A DNA stretch of 64,000 bases from Podarcis filfolensis (Eukaryota): NCBI GenBank assembly GCA_964270895.1, contig OZ185442.1; one strand, written 5' to 3'. Under the pieces are notes generated by a model that worked only from the letters and a program-made list of their open reading frames with translations, was not told the DNA's origin and ran no database searches. Positions within the stretch are counted from its first letter, which is position 1, and each line of letters starts with the position of its first letter. Below are positions 12,458-24,320 of the stretch, piece after piece. Both the position numbers and the translations under genes were made by a program.

Positions 12458-13710
12458 TCATATATGGCATCTGAACAGAATCTTAAACTGGGCCTTTCAT
12501 GCTTTTTTACAGTGTATTATGGGCATCGTGCAGGTAGGAACAGGAAGTTTTGCAACCCTTCCAAAAAAAACAAAAAAAAAAAAACAAAGGAGAACAACTG
12601 CTTAGTTCCAAAAGGAGGCAGTTCCATGACTCTGGGGCCACTGCTGTCTAGACCCTGCTACTTGCAGTATATATTTGTTTGCATAAAAGTGTAGAAACTT
12701 CTCATTTTGTGCAGTTGGAATGTAGGCTTGTGTACACAGGTAAGAGTCACACAAACTCTCCACCTACTTTTGCCTCTGGCCTCGTCCACCATAGGATTGG
12801 ACAAAAATGCTTCCCCCTACCTCAGTGAAAGACTGCAAATAATGGGGACAGGATGCAATGCTCTGCCACAGCTGAACCTTTTGACTGTCCCACTTCCAAT
12901 GTATCTTCTTCTCTTGAATGTACTTGGAACTGGCCAGTTCTGTCCTGTGTATATGAGGGAAGCTCAGGCCAAAGGAAGTGACTACTGAGCCCAAGAACAG
13001 CGCAGAGTAAAGATGGGCAGGCAATTTGTGTTTTGGATTGACTCAGAAGTAAACTGATCTGTTCGAAAGCTTGTCTCCTTTCAGAGCCAATTTGAATGAT
13101 ACCAACCTGCACACATCCTCACAAGCCACTTACCTTTAAACCTCTGCAAATGAGAGGGTTCAGGTGGCCAGAAACAGCCACCTCCTGGCTGCAGAAAGCT
13201 GTCATTTGCAGCCAAAGTTTATGGAGGTTTGCAATTTCCCACAGCCTCTGACTGCAAACACTAGGGACTTTCTATGTCATTTTGGAGCTTGGGTTTTGGA
13301 GAACTGGGTTGGTGAGAGGGGTGAATTTAATAACGAATGATGAATAGTAAAACATATATTATTATTATTATAAAAAGTGTCAACAAGCTGATGGGGAAGT
13401 CTTTTGGAAGGCAATCTTGACCGAGAACTGCATTTTCTGGTGCCATACACACCACACCTGTTTTGACAAGTGATCCTCAGATGGTTGGAGTCAATGCAGC
13501 TCTTGGCCTGGAAACCTTCAGCCATCCTTGGCTCTAAGGGATGGAGGAGCCCCTCTCCCCCACTGGCTGCACAAGGCTGCCTGAGGGTTCTGTCCTTAGG
13601 AAGCTGGAGTCTGTGGACCAGGCTATGCCACATGCTGCTGCTTCTCTCTGTGCTGCTACCTCAGGACACCCTCTCTGGACTACAGATGGGTGAATATGTC
13701 AGTTTTGGTT

Positions 13711-13856
13711 CATAGAACCATAGAATTGTAGAGTTGGAAGGAACCACGTGGGTCATCTAGTCCAATCCCCTACAATGCAGGAATCTCTTTTGCCCAGTGT
13801 GGGACTTGAACCCACAAGCCCGACATGAAGAGTCTCAGGCTTTATCAACTGAGCTA
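13711..13856 (-). mobile_element. SINE with tRNA-Lys-like head and CR1 tail
   Basis: Minus strand TAGCTCAGTTGATAAAGCCTGAGACTCTT..GGGTTCAAGTCCCACACTGGGC (A and B boxes) then CCTTCCAACTCTACAATTCTATGGTTCTATG. Confidence 0.8.
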
Positions 13857-14043
13857 TGGTTTCTCTCTGTTTCTCATTTTTCCAATCTTAAGTTTGGTTC
13901 TCCATATTTCCACATCAGTTTGTTTTTCCATGTCCTGATGAAAATTCATCAATATTTTATTGCAAATTTATCCTAACGTTCCCATTGTTGCACACAGTTT
14001 TCCCTAATATACACATTTGTGCAAATAAACTTCCCTCCACATA

Positions 14044-14269
14044 CAGTGGTACCTCTGGTTACGTACTTAATTCGTTCCAGAGGTCCGGTCTTAACCTGAA
14101 ACTGTTCTTAACCTGAAGCACCACTTTAGCTAACGGGGCCTCTTGCTGCCACCACACCGCTGGAGCACGATTTCTGTTCTCATCCTGAAGCAAAGTTCTT
14201 AACCCGAGATACTATTTCTGAGTTAGCAGAGTCTGTAACCTGAAGCGTATGTAACCTGAGGTACCACTG
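14044..14269 (+). mobile_element. Tc1/mariner (Tigger/pogo-like) MITE, copy 2
   Basis: TIRs CAGTGGTACCTC / GAGGTACCACTG, TA on both sides. Confidence 0.92.
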
Positions 14270-14297
14270 TAATGCATTTTTGTATGTTATTTTCACT

Positions 14298-14655
14298 AAA
14301 AGTAAAGGTAAAGGACCCCTGACCATTAAGTCCAGTCACAAAGGACTCTGGGGTTGTGGAGCTCAGCTCGCTTTACTGGCCGAGGGAGCTGCCGTTTGTC
14401 CGCAGACAGTTTTTCCAGGTCATGTGGCCAGCATGACTAAGCCGCTTCTGGTGAAACCAGAGCAGTGCATGGAAATGCTGTTTACCTTCCCGCCTATTTA
14501 TCCACTTGTACTTTGACATGCTTTCAAACTGCTAGGTTGGCAGGAGCTGGGACCGAGCAACAGGAGCTCACCCTGTCGCAGGGATTCGAACCGCTAACCT
14601 TCTGATCGGCAAGCCCTAGGCTCAGTGGTTTAGACCCCAGTGCCACCTGCGTCCC
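14298..14655 (-). mobile_element. Sauria SINE (Squam1), near full length
   Basis: Minus strand starts GGGACGCAGGTGGCACTGGGGTCTAAACCAC with B box GGTTCGAATCCC; body CTTAGTCATGCTGGCCACATGACC; tail (ACCTTT)n. Confidence 0.92.
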
Positions 14656-15672
14656 TTTATTTCTTTATTTATTTCTCTAGCATAGGTGTTATTGCGCACA
14701 GTTTACCTTTGTACTGTATATGCGTTTTTGTGCACATTACCTTGCAAACTTCAGAGACGTGTAAATTTCAATGGATGGATATATTTTGGTTCACATATTA
14801 CTTTGGAAAATGTGTATTGGATAGATTTGTTTTTAAATGGGAACTGCATTAAATGGCTCTCCCATCCCTGCTTTGGACTGGCTGCACCTCTCATTTTAAA
14901 CAGCAAGAATTATACATGATTATTATTTCCAGACAGATGCTGAAAAGCAGGAAAGATCCTCAACTCCCCCCACTTGGCTTTCCTTCCTGTTCTGTAACCT
15001 TTCCCCCAATAGTCACCCTAAAGGAAAAGATGTTCCCCTCCTTTTTCAGACACCAGTTCCTGCCTGATGGGGAAATAGAGCACATTCCTTTCAAGTTGCA
15101 AGAAAGAAGGGTGCTTCAGCTCAAGTGAAATATAGACATTTCTTTTCAATTTCTCTGGGAAGGCAGAGTCTCCTCTGAAAATACATTATTATTATTGTGT
15201 GTGTGTTTTTTGTAAGGTTGTGCCAAAATGCCCACCTTTCACTGCCTTCTTTACAGGTAGTAAAGCTGACAGCGGGGGCAGATTTCAGTCATTTTGCAGA
15301 GAGGGAGTAGGAGGAGAAGAAAGGAGACCTTCCTGAAAACCGTGGTGCTGTTCCTTGGGGCTGGCATCACCTTCCCCACTGCCACCAAAAATTCTTTCTT
15401 AGAACAAAAGGGCACCCGCTGCTGTGAAGCACCTCTTGGTACTGTTTTGCTTGTTCTTTTCTTTTTACTCTGCTTTTCCACTGCAAAAGACTGCCTGTCT
15501 GCAGGCTAAATGTTACAACACTAAAGGAAAAGGGATCAGGAGGGAGGAGGGAAAAGGCAAACTCAGGCACCAGATCATAGTTGCAGAGTTATTGGAATAA
15601 GCCACTTGGATGGAAATAGTTTTGGGCAGGGGGGAGACCAAAGTGGCTGGTGTCTCACAGCTTAGCCAATGC

Positions 15673-15814
15673 TAGGGTTGCCATATTTTGAAGAACAACA
15701 AAAAAAGAGGACACAATTGCCAACTTCTACTTTTAACTATGGATCTCTATGACAACTCTCATTTTACATACCCATGAAAAAGAGGATGGAAAAAGAGGAC
15801 ATATGGCAACCCTA
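15673..15814. mobile_element. MITE with TAGGGTTGCCATAT TIRs (hAT/Blackjack-like)
   Basis: TAGGGTTGCCATAT ... ATATGGCAACCCTA; flanks share only AATGC(T), so the TSD is degenerate. Confidence 0.7.
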
Positions 15815-17395
15815 GAATGCTGTAGTCCTGTCTCTTCCTCTTCTAAAGTCTGATGGGGCAGTTGTTGCTAGTAGGGAGAACAGAGCACAGCCACTTTGGC
15901 TAGTAGCCATTGATAGACCTCTCCTCCACAAAGTTGTCTAACCCTCCTAAGGTGGCTTACAAAGCAGTCAGGAAAAATAAAATAAAAGATTAAACTTATG
16001 AACTAACAAAAACAATAAAACAGCAAACGTTTAGTAAAGCTAAAACAATAGAAAGAAATAAAACGATGATTAAAATACCACACCATAAGATCAGCCCAAA
16101 ACATACTGGAGCAACAACAATAACAACAACAAAGGGCTTTCAGGGCTCTGCTAAGGAAGCTTTTTGGTGGCCTGTTTGTTTGCACAAAATTTGGTTGCCC
16201 TTTCTAGTGCAATTATTCCGTCCCTTTTCTGGCTGCAGAAAGTCTGATAAGAAAAAGTGATGGAAAATTGCGCTGAAAGAAGGGGATAAATGACCACTAC
16301 CTGGCAATGTCCTATAATCTCTGTGCAAACATTTCAGGATGACTGCTCAATAAACAGCTGATGCCAGAGAAGCTCTGTGCAAGTTTCGTGCAAATGTATC
16401 AGCAAGAATGTTCAATAAAAGCCAACAAAGAAGGGGTGCATGTCCATGTTTATTTCCTCAGATGTATGTTCTGCTTCCTTTCCATCATGGAACCTAAGGT
16501 GAATTATGTGTGGTACCCAGGCTGACACCCATCCAGGAACTCATCAGACTGAGTCCTGCTTAGCTTTAGCAACTTCAACTCCCATCATCCCTGACCACTA
16601 GCCAAGCCGGTTGAGGCTGATAGGAGTTGGAGTCCAACAATTCCTGGGCTCCCAACCCCTGCTTTGCCACACCTGAGGGCCGTGATCCCTTGCCTAATTG
16701 GCCGACAATGGCTCCCAAAGATTTCCAGTTTCCAGTTTCTCAACATCTCAACTCTTTTTTCTTGTTATTTTTTGCTTTCAGCCCAGATCTGACAAATGAC
16801 CTCAAACCGATTGAGAGAGTGAGAAATTATGAGTTGGGGCTTTTCAGGGTTGTCAAAAGAGACATGCCCACATCTGTCATGGCTATAGAGAGAGGAAAGT
16901 ACATCTTTTAAAAATGGCCTTAAAATGAGCTGGGAATTGGGGAGGAAGTCACTGTGGGAGTGGAGAGCTCTGGCAGGCCTGTCGCCAAAGTACCCGGATG
17001 GCTGAGACGTCGGCTGAAATTAACGAGAGCCCAGAGATTTATGAGCCCTGCGGAAGCCCCAAATTGGACATTTATTCTGAAGGCTAAAGCAAATGTGGCA
17101 GCAGAATCGGCAGCAACTAAAAGCAGATCAAAGAGCTCCAAGAAAGGGGGGGGAGAGAAGGGAGGGGAGGCAGACCAGGAGCTCATGCCAAGAGCTGGAT
17201 TTCTAGGAGGAGAAAGGTCTAGGACTAGGGATGCCTGGGGGGTCCTGGGGAGCATCAAGTCCCTGGTTGCATCAAGTCTCTTCCCACCCACCTGCTCCCT
17301 TTGTCATTTGTCAGATGCTTCTCAACTAGAGAGATCACTCAGTCAAAGGAACCTTACCTGATTAATCTGAAGAGTTTGAGTCCTTACATAAGTGA

Positions 17396-17416
17396 TTAAA
17401 TTTGCATAAATTTGCA
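17396..17416. promoter_or_regulatory. Tandem POU octamer-like site TTAAATTTGCATAAATTTGCA
   Basis: ATTTGCAT at 17400-17407 plus a 7/8 repeat 10 bp later; identical 21-mer at 22901-22921. Confidence 0.5.
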
Positions 17417-17486
17417 GAGGAGTAAAAGAAAAAGTGTTATGACCTAAGAAGTACATGTCCTTTGCTGCATGTGCCTGCATTGCAGT

Positions 17487-17793
17487 CACGGCCAGATTTA
17501 GGTTTGATGAGGCCCTAAGCTACTGAAGGTAATGGGGCCCTTTATATGTCCAATTGTCCTTTGTCAACAACAAATTGTTGCTGTTTTTTGTGTTGAATAT
17601 ATGCTATATGGTAATTTGTGGACCTACACAACACAAAACACTGTTGCTGTATGTAGGTTTTGTTTTATTTGTTTTTTATCTTATATTTTGGAAATGTACA
17701 TCCAGTTTTTCCCCCTTTTATTTTTTTGGGGGCCCCCAACAGAGTGGGGCCCTAAACTATAGCTTGTTTAGCTTATACGTAAATCCGGCACTG
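17487..17793. mobile_element. hAT-type MITE (307 bp)
   Basis: TIRs CACGGCCAGATTTA / TAAATCCGGCACTG; 8-bp TSD ATTGCAGT vs GTTGCAGT; subterminal GGGGCCC motifs. Confidence 0.82.
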
Positions 17794-18194
17794 GTTGCAG
17801 TAGACATCACCTTAGAATGGGGTGAGCTGGGGTGGGGGGAGGGATCAGGCAGGCCTCCTCACATGTTTTGGCCAAGCCACCTCCACTGCGCCAACCCACC
17901 CTATAACCAAGGACTGGAGAATCAAGCAGGCCAAATCCCTCCACTGTCATCTGGAGCAGCCATTCCAGCAATGGGGAAGAGGCACCTCATGCCCCTGAAC
18001 TGTGCCAGATGGTCATAAGAACAGCTGTGTAGAAATTAGTGTCTGAGTTTTGGTTTTGGTTTTCCTCTTCCCTCCTGGTCCCTTTCCCCTTGTGTGTTGC
18101 GATTTTAGATTGTAAGCATGTGGATAGGAAATGTCTTGTATTTGATCATATGCAAACTGCTCTGGAAGCCTATTTGACTGAAGAGAAGGACTCA

Positions 18195-18226
<32 letters not shown>

Positions 18227-18249
18227 GTTTCTCCTTTTCCTAATCTCTA

Positions 18250-18612
18250 CATTTCCACATCAGTCTGCAATATAATTTGCTAAAGTCCTCATGAAAATTC
18301 ATCAGTATTATAGTGTGACTTTCTCCCCAGTACTTATTTTTGTATTCAGTTTTGCTTACACATTTAGACAAATCAATTTCCGCTATTATAATACGATTCT
18401 GCATCTTATTTTCACTAAAATATGCATTTTTATGCACACTTTCCCCATATATATGTGTTTTCATACGCATTAGTTAGTTGGGGAACTCCCTAGCAAAATT
18501 CTTATAAGTGTGAATTTCAAAGGTCTGCATTTCGGGTCACGTGTTGTTTCAGGAAGTGTGACTTAGATAAGTTTGTCAATAAATGAGAACTGAACCAAAT
18601 CCCCCATCCCTA
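18250..18612 (+). mobile_element. AT-rich non-autonomous element copy
   Basis: CTCATGAAAATTCATCAG...ATGCATTTTTATGCACACTTTCCCC...GAACTGAACCAAATCCCCCATCCCTA. Confidence 0.65.
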
Positions 18613-19066
18613 CCTACACCTACATGATTTTAGGGATGGGGCAGGTAAAGATGCAGCTGGGTGAATCCAGGAGGACCCCCAAACTACAGACAATGGGTTG
18701 AATCCAATGCTAGCCCTTCTCAGAGTAGACACACACATGTGTGAATGCCATGGCAGTTTACTTCCCCATATGAACCTGCTCCCACTTGGGGTCAGATTAA
18801 ATACATACTTGACAGATATGGTTGAATTCTGTCCACCGCACACCTACACATGTGCAGCACATATGAAATGGCACACCAGCAAAGAGTTTTAAAAATAAAT
18901 AAATAAAAGTTTAAGTTCCCTCTAAAGCAGTACTCAGCCCCTTCTTCATTAGACCTAAGTGGAAATTTTCCACTTTCTCAAAATTGAAGGGAATCTTATG
19001 TAGGGCTGAGGCTCCCTGAGCAAAGAAGCAGTCAGATTAATCAACAGAAACCAGACACGCAGAATC

Positions 19067-19072
19067 CACACA

Positions 19073-19136
<64 letters not shown>
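19067..19136. repeat. Compound (CA)12(GA)23 microsatellite
   Basis: Directly visible. Confidence 0.95.
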
Positions 19137-19138
<2 letters not shown>

Positions 19139-20372
19139 TTCTGCTCAAGACAATTGACGGCTGCCCTCCCTTCCTCTCCAGAAACATCCTTCCCTCTTGC
19201 ATCCTGATAAACAAGGGCTTCTTCTCTCCTTGTTCCCCAAGTTTATTAAGCTCTCAGCCACTCACCGCTGCACCTCCCCTTCCTATGACCTCTAACAATG
19301 ATAATGACTCTGCTGGTGATGTGCAAACATGTCTTTTGACTCTCCTGCTTGATTGATAAGGAGACACAAGCCTCCTCCATCCCAATGCAGCTACAGTGAG
19401 AGCTTCTCTGCCCTGGCTCAGTGGGTTTGCTTTGCTCCTTATTTGAAATCTTGATTTTAAAACTGCAAGGCCTTTAAAAAAAAAGAAATCCTCTGCATGG
19501 GTTTCCAGATCCTGGGTTTCCAGAAGACTGGACATGAAAAAACCAACTCCTGAGACCCATCTCATATTGGCCACCCACCTGGACTCTCCCTGGGATAATT
19601 CTACAACAGGAAAGTGTGGCTTTCATTGCAAAGCTATGTTGTGTCTGTATCCAGAAGGTCATTGGTCCAAATTCAGAAGGCCAACTGGTACTCATATTTT
19701 GGTATACAGCACATATGGATGGGTAGCATTTTGCCTCAGTTCCCAAGGATCTATCCATCCATCCACTTTATGCAACCAACAGAATCGAACAGTGAAGTTT
19801 TCCCCCACCTTAAACTCAACTAGCTGTTGGTGTTCTGCACATTTGCCCCCTTTCTATGGACAAACAGCACCCCTGCACACAGAAAACTAGTATGTCAGAG
19901 AGAAGGTGAGAAGTCTGGCATGCCAGTTTTCTAATACATAGAGTTTTATTGGGGGGGGGCAGGCAGTGTTTAAATATGTAAGAGCCCTTCCCAAGTGCGT
20001 GAAGTGGTAGTAAATTCCATACCATGGAGAAATCTCTCATGTGAACAAGCCACAAAAAGGGGAACGATAAGCAGATTGGGTTAGCCTGGTTGTAGCAAAG
20101 AGAATCTGGGGGAATGTTGGCATTTTTGGAGAGTAGAAACTTCCATCCCATTCAATATCATTAGTTTCAGCCTGAAGTCAAATTGGAGACCATTCAGCAC
20201 AACTCCAGTTGGTAAACCAGTCAGCAACTAAGGCCTCATCTGCACTACACATTTAAAGCAGCACCATACCATTTTAAGCAGGCATGGCTGCCCCTGAAGA
20301 ATCCCAGGAACAGTGTCAGACGTTGGGCTCTCAAATTTCAGTGGCACCCTGTATTGTTAGGACACCTCTATG

Positions 20373-20541
20373 CAGTGGCGTAGCGTGGGTTGTCAGCACC
20401 CGGGGCAAGGCAAGTAATTTGCGCCCCCTAACCCATGGATTTGCGCCCCCTAACCTGTGGATTTGCGCCCCCTAACCCTAACCCCCAGATGTTGCGCCCG
20501 GTGCGGCCGGGCCCCCCTGCACCCCCCACGCTACGCCACTG
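20373..20541. mobile_element. hAT-type MITE (169 bp) with internal 22-bp tandem repeats
   Basis: Perfect 17-bp TIR CAGTGGCGTAGCGTGGG / CCCACGCTACGCCACTG; TSD CCTCTATG vs CCTCTATC; CpG-rich, so probably young. Confidence 0.9.
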
Positions 20542-20696
20542 CCTCTATCCCCTTCCCAGAGTTCTCAGAGTGGTTTAATGATCATTTTAGCTATGGAAGG
20601 AGAGTAGGCTAACAGCTGTTAGAACCCTTAACATTTTACAGTTCTTAGAATTTGGGTGGTGGTGGGGTGGAACCAGGCTGGTTGGGAGTGGCAGGC

Positions 20697-20810
20697 AGCC
20701 TGGATAGCTCAGTTGGTTAGAGCATGGTGTTGATAACACCAGCGTTGCAGGTTCAATCTGCATATGGGCAGCTGCATATTCCTCAGCGTCCCTTCCAACT
20801 CTGTGATTCT
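20697..20810 (+). mobile_element. SINE with tRNA-Ile-like head and internally deleted CR1 tail
   Basis: TAGCTCAGTTGGTTAGAGCATGGTGTTGATAACACCA..GCAGGTTCAATC resembles tRNA-Ile; followed by CCCTTCCAACTCTGTGATTCTA. Confidence 0.8.
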
Positions 20811-22900
20811 AAGCTACTGCTTTAAATGTGTAATGCAGATAGGGGCCCAGGCAAGCTTTGGTAGAATGAAAAAAGACTAAGGAAGGTCACACAGGGAGTT
20901 GGTGCCCCAGCCACCAGCAGAACCTCAGTGTCCTCTTCTGAAAGATGAGCTCTTGCAATTCCGCATTAATATATCAACCTTTTAAAATGTCAGCTGTTGT
21001 TTAGTCCTTATCTTTTGTTGGAACGGGGCGGCTCCTGATTGGAGGATCTGGATGATTTATTGGCTTGTCTCTGTCTGTATTATTGGAAAATGACAGGGCT
21101 ACTCAGGTGTAACGTACTTGGTTAGACAACATTAATAGAGCCGTGTAGATGTTCTGGACCCAGAATCCTTAGCAACAGATTCCTGTCTTTCACTCTAAAC
21201 TTCCCCCAGAAAAACAGAAGCATTTACTATGTGAAAAAGTTTGCTTAGTATATGGGGGAAGGAGAGGGGGGCAAGGATGGCTTTTAGGCTTCTTTGGTTA
21301 AAACATCCTGCTAGTGGAAATCGAACATTTGCATTTGCAGCCCAAAGAGCCCAGAGCACGAACTGTGTGTAGGATGACCTCCAGTTGCAAAGCTGGCTCT
21401 AGCTAGACTCCAGACACACAACATTAACTGCCCTGTGATTTGTTGAAGCTGAATATCATTATTGTGATTTTACTCATGTCTCTTTTATTCACATGTCTCT
21501 ATGTGACGTGTAAGCTGCCTTACAAGGATTTGTTCAAGTTAAAGTTGAACCACTCCCTTTCTCCCTCCCTCTCTGGATTTATTCTCAAAGTAACTTGTAA
21601 ACTATTTATGCAATTTGATGCACTTATTATACTATTTTCCTTATGTAATTATTATGCTATTCTTCATCCTCCCAATTGTAGTATTCCACCATACTGATTG
21701 TGGGGGGGGCTTAAAACGGGTCAGAAGGAGGATTTGTATCCTAAAAGGAAGGATATATCCTGGAGGTCACACAACAAGGGAGTGGGTTGTCTCAGTAACC
21801 TTGTTTTTGGGTTTCCTTGAAGCCTCTGGCTGGTTGCACTTGAAATCTGGATGCTTGAGTGGGCAAACTTTGGTCCTGATTCTGATGAACTCTTCCCATG
21901 ATCTTAGGTGCACAGTGATGTGCCTGCTTAGACTGGCTCAATTTATGGATTCTGTGTCCCAAACAGTAACGTTTGAGTGTGAAAAAAGAAACCCCCTCCC
22001 TTCATTGCAATCTCATTCCTGTTTTCCTGCCAGTACTGCGTCCTCTTGACTATTTTTCAGAAATGTTCTCTGCGCTCCAGCTAAATCCTTTTTATTGATT
22101 TCATTTCCTCTGGACTTCTGCTTTGAAGGTGAAGTGTAGCATTAGGAGGTAATGAGGAAGAGGAGAAAATGCAAGTATTTCTTCAGGAAGGGCTGCAATT
22201 CAAATCCCACTTTCCTGAATTCAGTGGGACTTACTTCTGAGTAGGCATGGTCAGAATTGCAGCTTGAGCTGTTCTGAGGGATAGGCACATTTTTTTGAGT
22301 TGTACACCTGCATCTCAAAACTGGGAGATGTGCAAATATTTTCAGTGATTAGCTGCATGTCATTTCCTGTTTATTTTGGGGAGTACAGAGTAGGGAGGCT
22401 CACCTGGAGCTGCAAAATGAATCAAATTTCTCCCCCTTCCATATCTGACGAAGCAGAATAATGGAGGGTGGTGTGTCCTTGTACTCAGGAGGACAGTGGT
22501 GCTTCCTGTGATCTTCAAAGTGGACACACATAAAATCACTCCCATTTGATTCTGTCTATGAGTGTTGGAGAGTGTGGACTCATCTCAGAAGGACCTGGCT
22601 CCTTAAAGGCTCCATTTGCCGTTTAGGGACTTCAACTGGGCAATGGGGAGAAATCATAATGCAATGCCCTCCTACTCAAAGTGTCTGGCTCCATTTTGAC
22701 ACGGATCCTGCCCCCTTTGAGTAGGACTTGGCTCGCTTCTCATGCTCCACCTCTCCTGTACTTCTTCCACAATCTATAAAAGGCTTACCTTGTGAATTTC
22801 CCACTGCTTGTTACTCACCACTCCACCCCACCCAGTAATCCTCTTTTTGTAGTTCTGCCACCTAATTAAAAGAGATCTGACTTGCCAATTAATCAACCAT

Positions 22901-22922
22901 TTAAATTTGCATAAATTTGCAT
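22901..22922. promoter_or_regulatory. Two perfect POU octamers (ATTTGCAT at 22905 and 22915) one helical turn apart
   Basis: TTAAATTTGCATAAATTTGCAT; preceded by CTAATTAA and ATTAATC homeodomain-type cores. Confidence 0.55.
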
Positions 22923-23189
22923 ATGGGCAAAACAGTAGTACTGAAGCAAGAGGCGTCCCCTTTTGTGCTTTCAGATGATGCATGTCTGTGTCACAACCTT
23001 TCACAAGAGAGAAAAGGACAGCCTTTTATGACAAGGCGTGTCACCTGCAGTCTTACTTAAAACCATTTTTAAAAGAATCTGCTGCCTGATTAATTGAGAG
23101 TGTGGGTTAGTTGGTTAAAAGTGTTTTAATGAAATTATCTTACTGATTAACTGATTAAATGTTGAAGTTTGGTGGGGGAGCAAACAAGT

Positions 23190-23750
23190 AACTGGAGAAA
23201 GTGAATAGAGAAAAGTTCTTCTCCCTCTCTCATAACACTAGAACTCCAATGAAGCTGAATGTTAGAAGATTCAGGTTAGATAGAAGAAAGGACTTCTTTA
23301 TGCAGCACATAGTTAAACTATGGAACTCACTCCCACAGGAGGGAGTGATGGCCAACAACTTGCATGGCTTTAAAAGAAGATTGGACAAGTTCATAGAGGA
23401 GAAATCTATCAGTGGCTACTAACCATGATGGCTCTGCTCTGCTTCCACCAATGTTGGCCAAAGTTGGGTCTCCAGCTGGAGACTACAACTCCCATGATCC
23501 CTAGCTAACAGGACTAGTGGTCAGGGATGATGGGAAATGTAGTCCCAAAACAGCTGGAGACCCAAGTCTGGGAAACACTGGCTTCCACAGTTGGAGGCAG
23601 TAATGCTTCTGAATACCAGCTGCTGATAATCACAAGAGGGAACAGTGGCTGTTGTGCTCAGGTCCTACTTACAGGCTTCCCATTGGGGCATCTGGTTGGC
23701 CACGGTGAGAACAGGAAGCTGGCCTAGAGGGGCCATTGGCCTGATCTACT
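23190..23750 (+). mobile_element. CR1 LINE 3' fragment (ORF2 C-terminus and 3'UTR)
   Basis: ORF 23201-23422 ..MKLNVRRFRLDRRKDFF..VKLWNSLP..FKRRLDKF is the CR1 ORF2 C-terminal signature; 3'UTR continues after a nested MITE. Confidence 0.85.
23449..23580. mobile_element. hAT-type palindromic MITE (132 bp) nested in CR1 3'UTR
   Basis: Perfect 8-bp TSD GCTTCCAC (23441-23448 and 23581-23588); imperfect TIRs with shared core TTGGGTCTCCAGCTG. Confidence 0.9.
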
Positions 23751-24320
23751 ATCATGAACTGGAAGGACAATGGAAAGGAGGAAGAGGATCCTAGCGAATG
23801 GTGCAGTCACAAACTGGGACCCACCAGGGGAAGACAGGGATGGGAAAGGAGATGTTGGGGTTGTGGAAAGTACACATGGGATGATAGAGGGTGGTGAGGG
23901 GATGGGGGCCAGAAGAGCAGGACCCCTCCTCAGAACCAGAGAGGCCCCTGTCTCCACAAACAAGGCATAGGGAGCAGTGGGAGGAGCACTCTGGGAGGCT
24001 GAGGCAGGAAGGACCCACAGCCCAGGTGAGGCTTGTTAGCTTGGGGAGGAGGTGTGAGATTCCTCGGCTGGAGTAGGCTCAGAACAGGTGAGGGTCACAT
24101 GCCTCATCAAACCCAGATGCTGCAATCAACATTCATCTGAAGGCAGCCCTGTTCAGGGAAGTTTTTAATGTTTGATGCCATATTGTGTTTTAATATGTTG
24201 GAAGCCACCCAGAGTGGCTGGGGTTTATTATTGCTGTTGTTATTATTACTGGTATAAAAAAAGAAGCTGAGTAAAGGTGCTGTGTCTGCTCAACTGCCCA
24301 TGTTGCTGGACCTCAGCTTA

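Larger units (their letters stand above)
13860..14869 (+). mobile_element. AT-rich non-autonomous element interrupted by a MITE and a Sauria SINE
   Basis: Host sequence resumes on both sides of the inserts (..CCCTCCACATA[MITE]TAATGCATTTTTGTATGTTATTTTCACTAA[SINE]..) and ends CCCATCCCT. Confidence 0.65.
20231..20848. mobile_element. MITE with ~30-bp TIRs (PIF/Harbinger-like termini, unclassified) hosting two inserts
   Basis: Left AGGCCTCATCTGCACTACACATTTAAAGCAG vs reverse complement of right end GGGCCCCTATCTGCATTACACATTTAAAGCAG; no clean TSD. Confidence 0.72.

Noticed and set aside
16954-17361. 135-aa ORF and possible 36-nt micro-exon after the TTTGCTTTCAG acceptor near 16781
   Set aside because: Low-complexity peptide, GTG start, no homology I recognise; the region looks regulatory.
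20697-20775. Functional tRNA-Ile gene (also the tRNA-Lys-like head at 13780-13856)
   Set aside because: Stems are degraded and the heads are fused to CR1-type tails, so these are SINEs.
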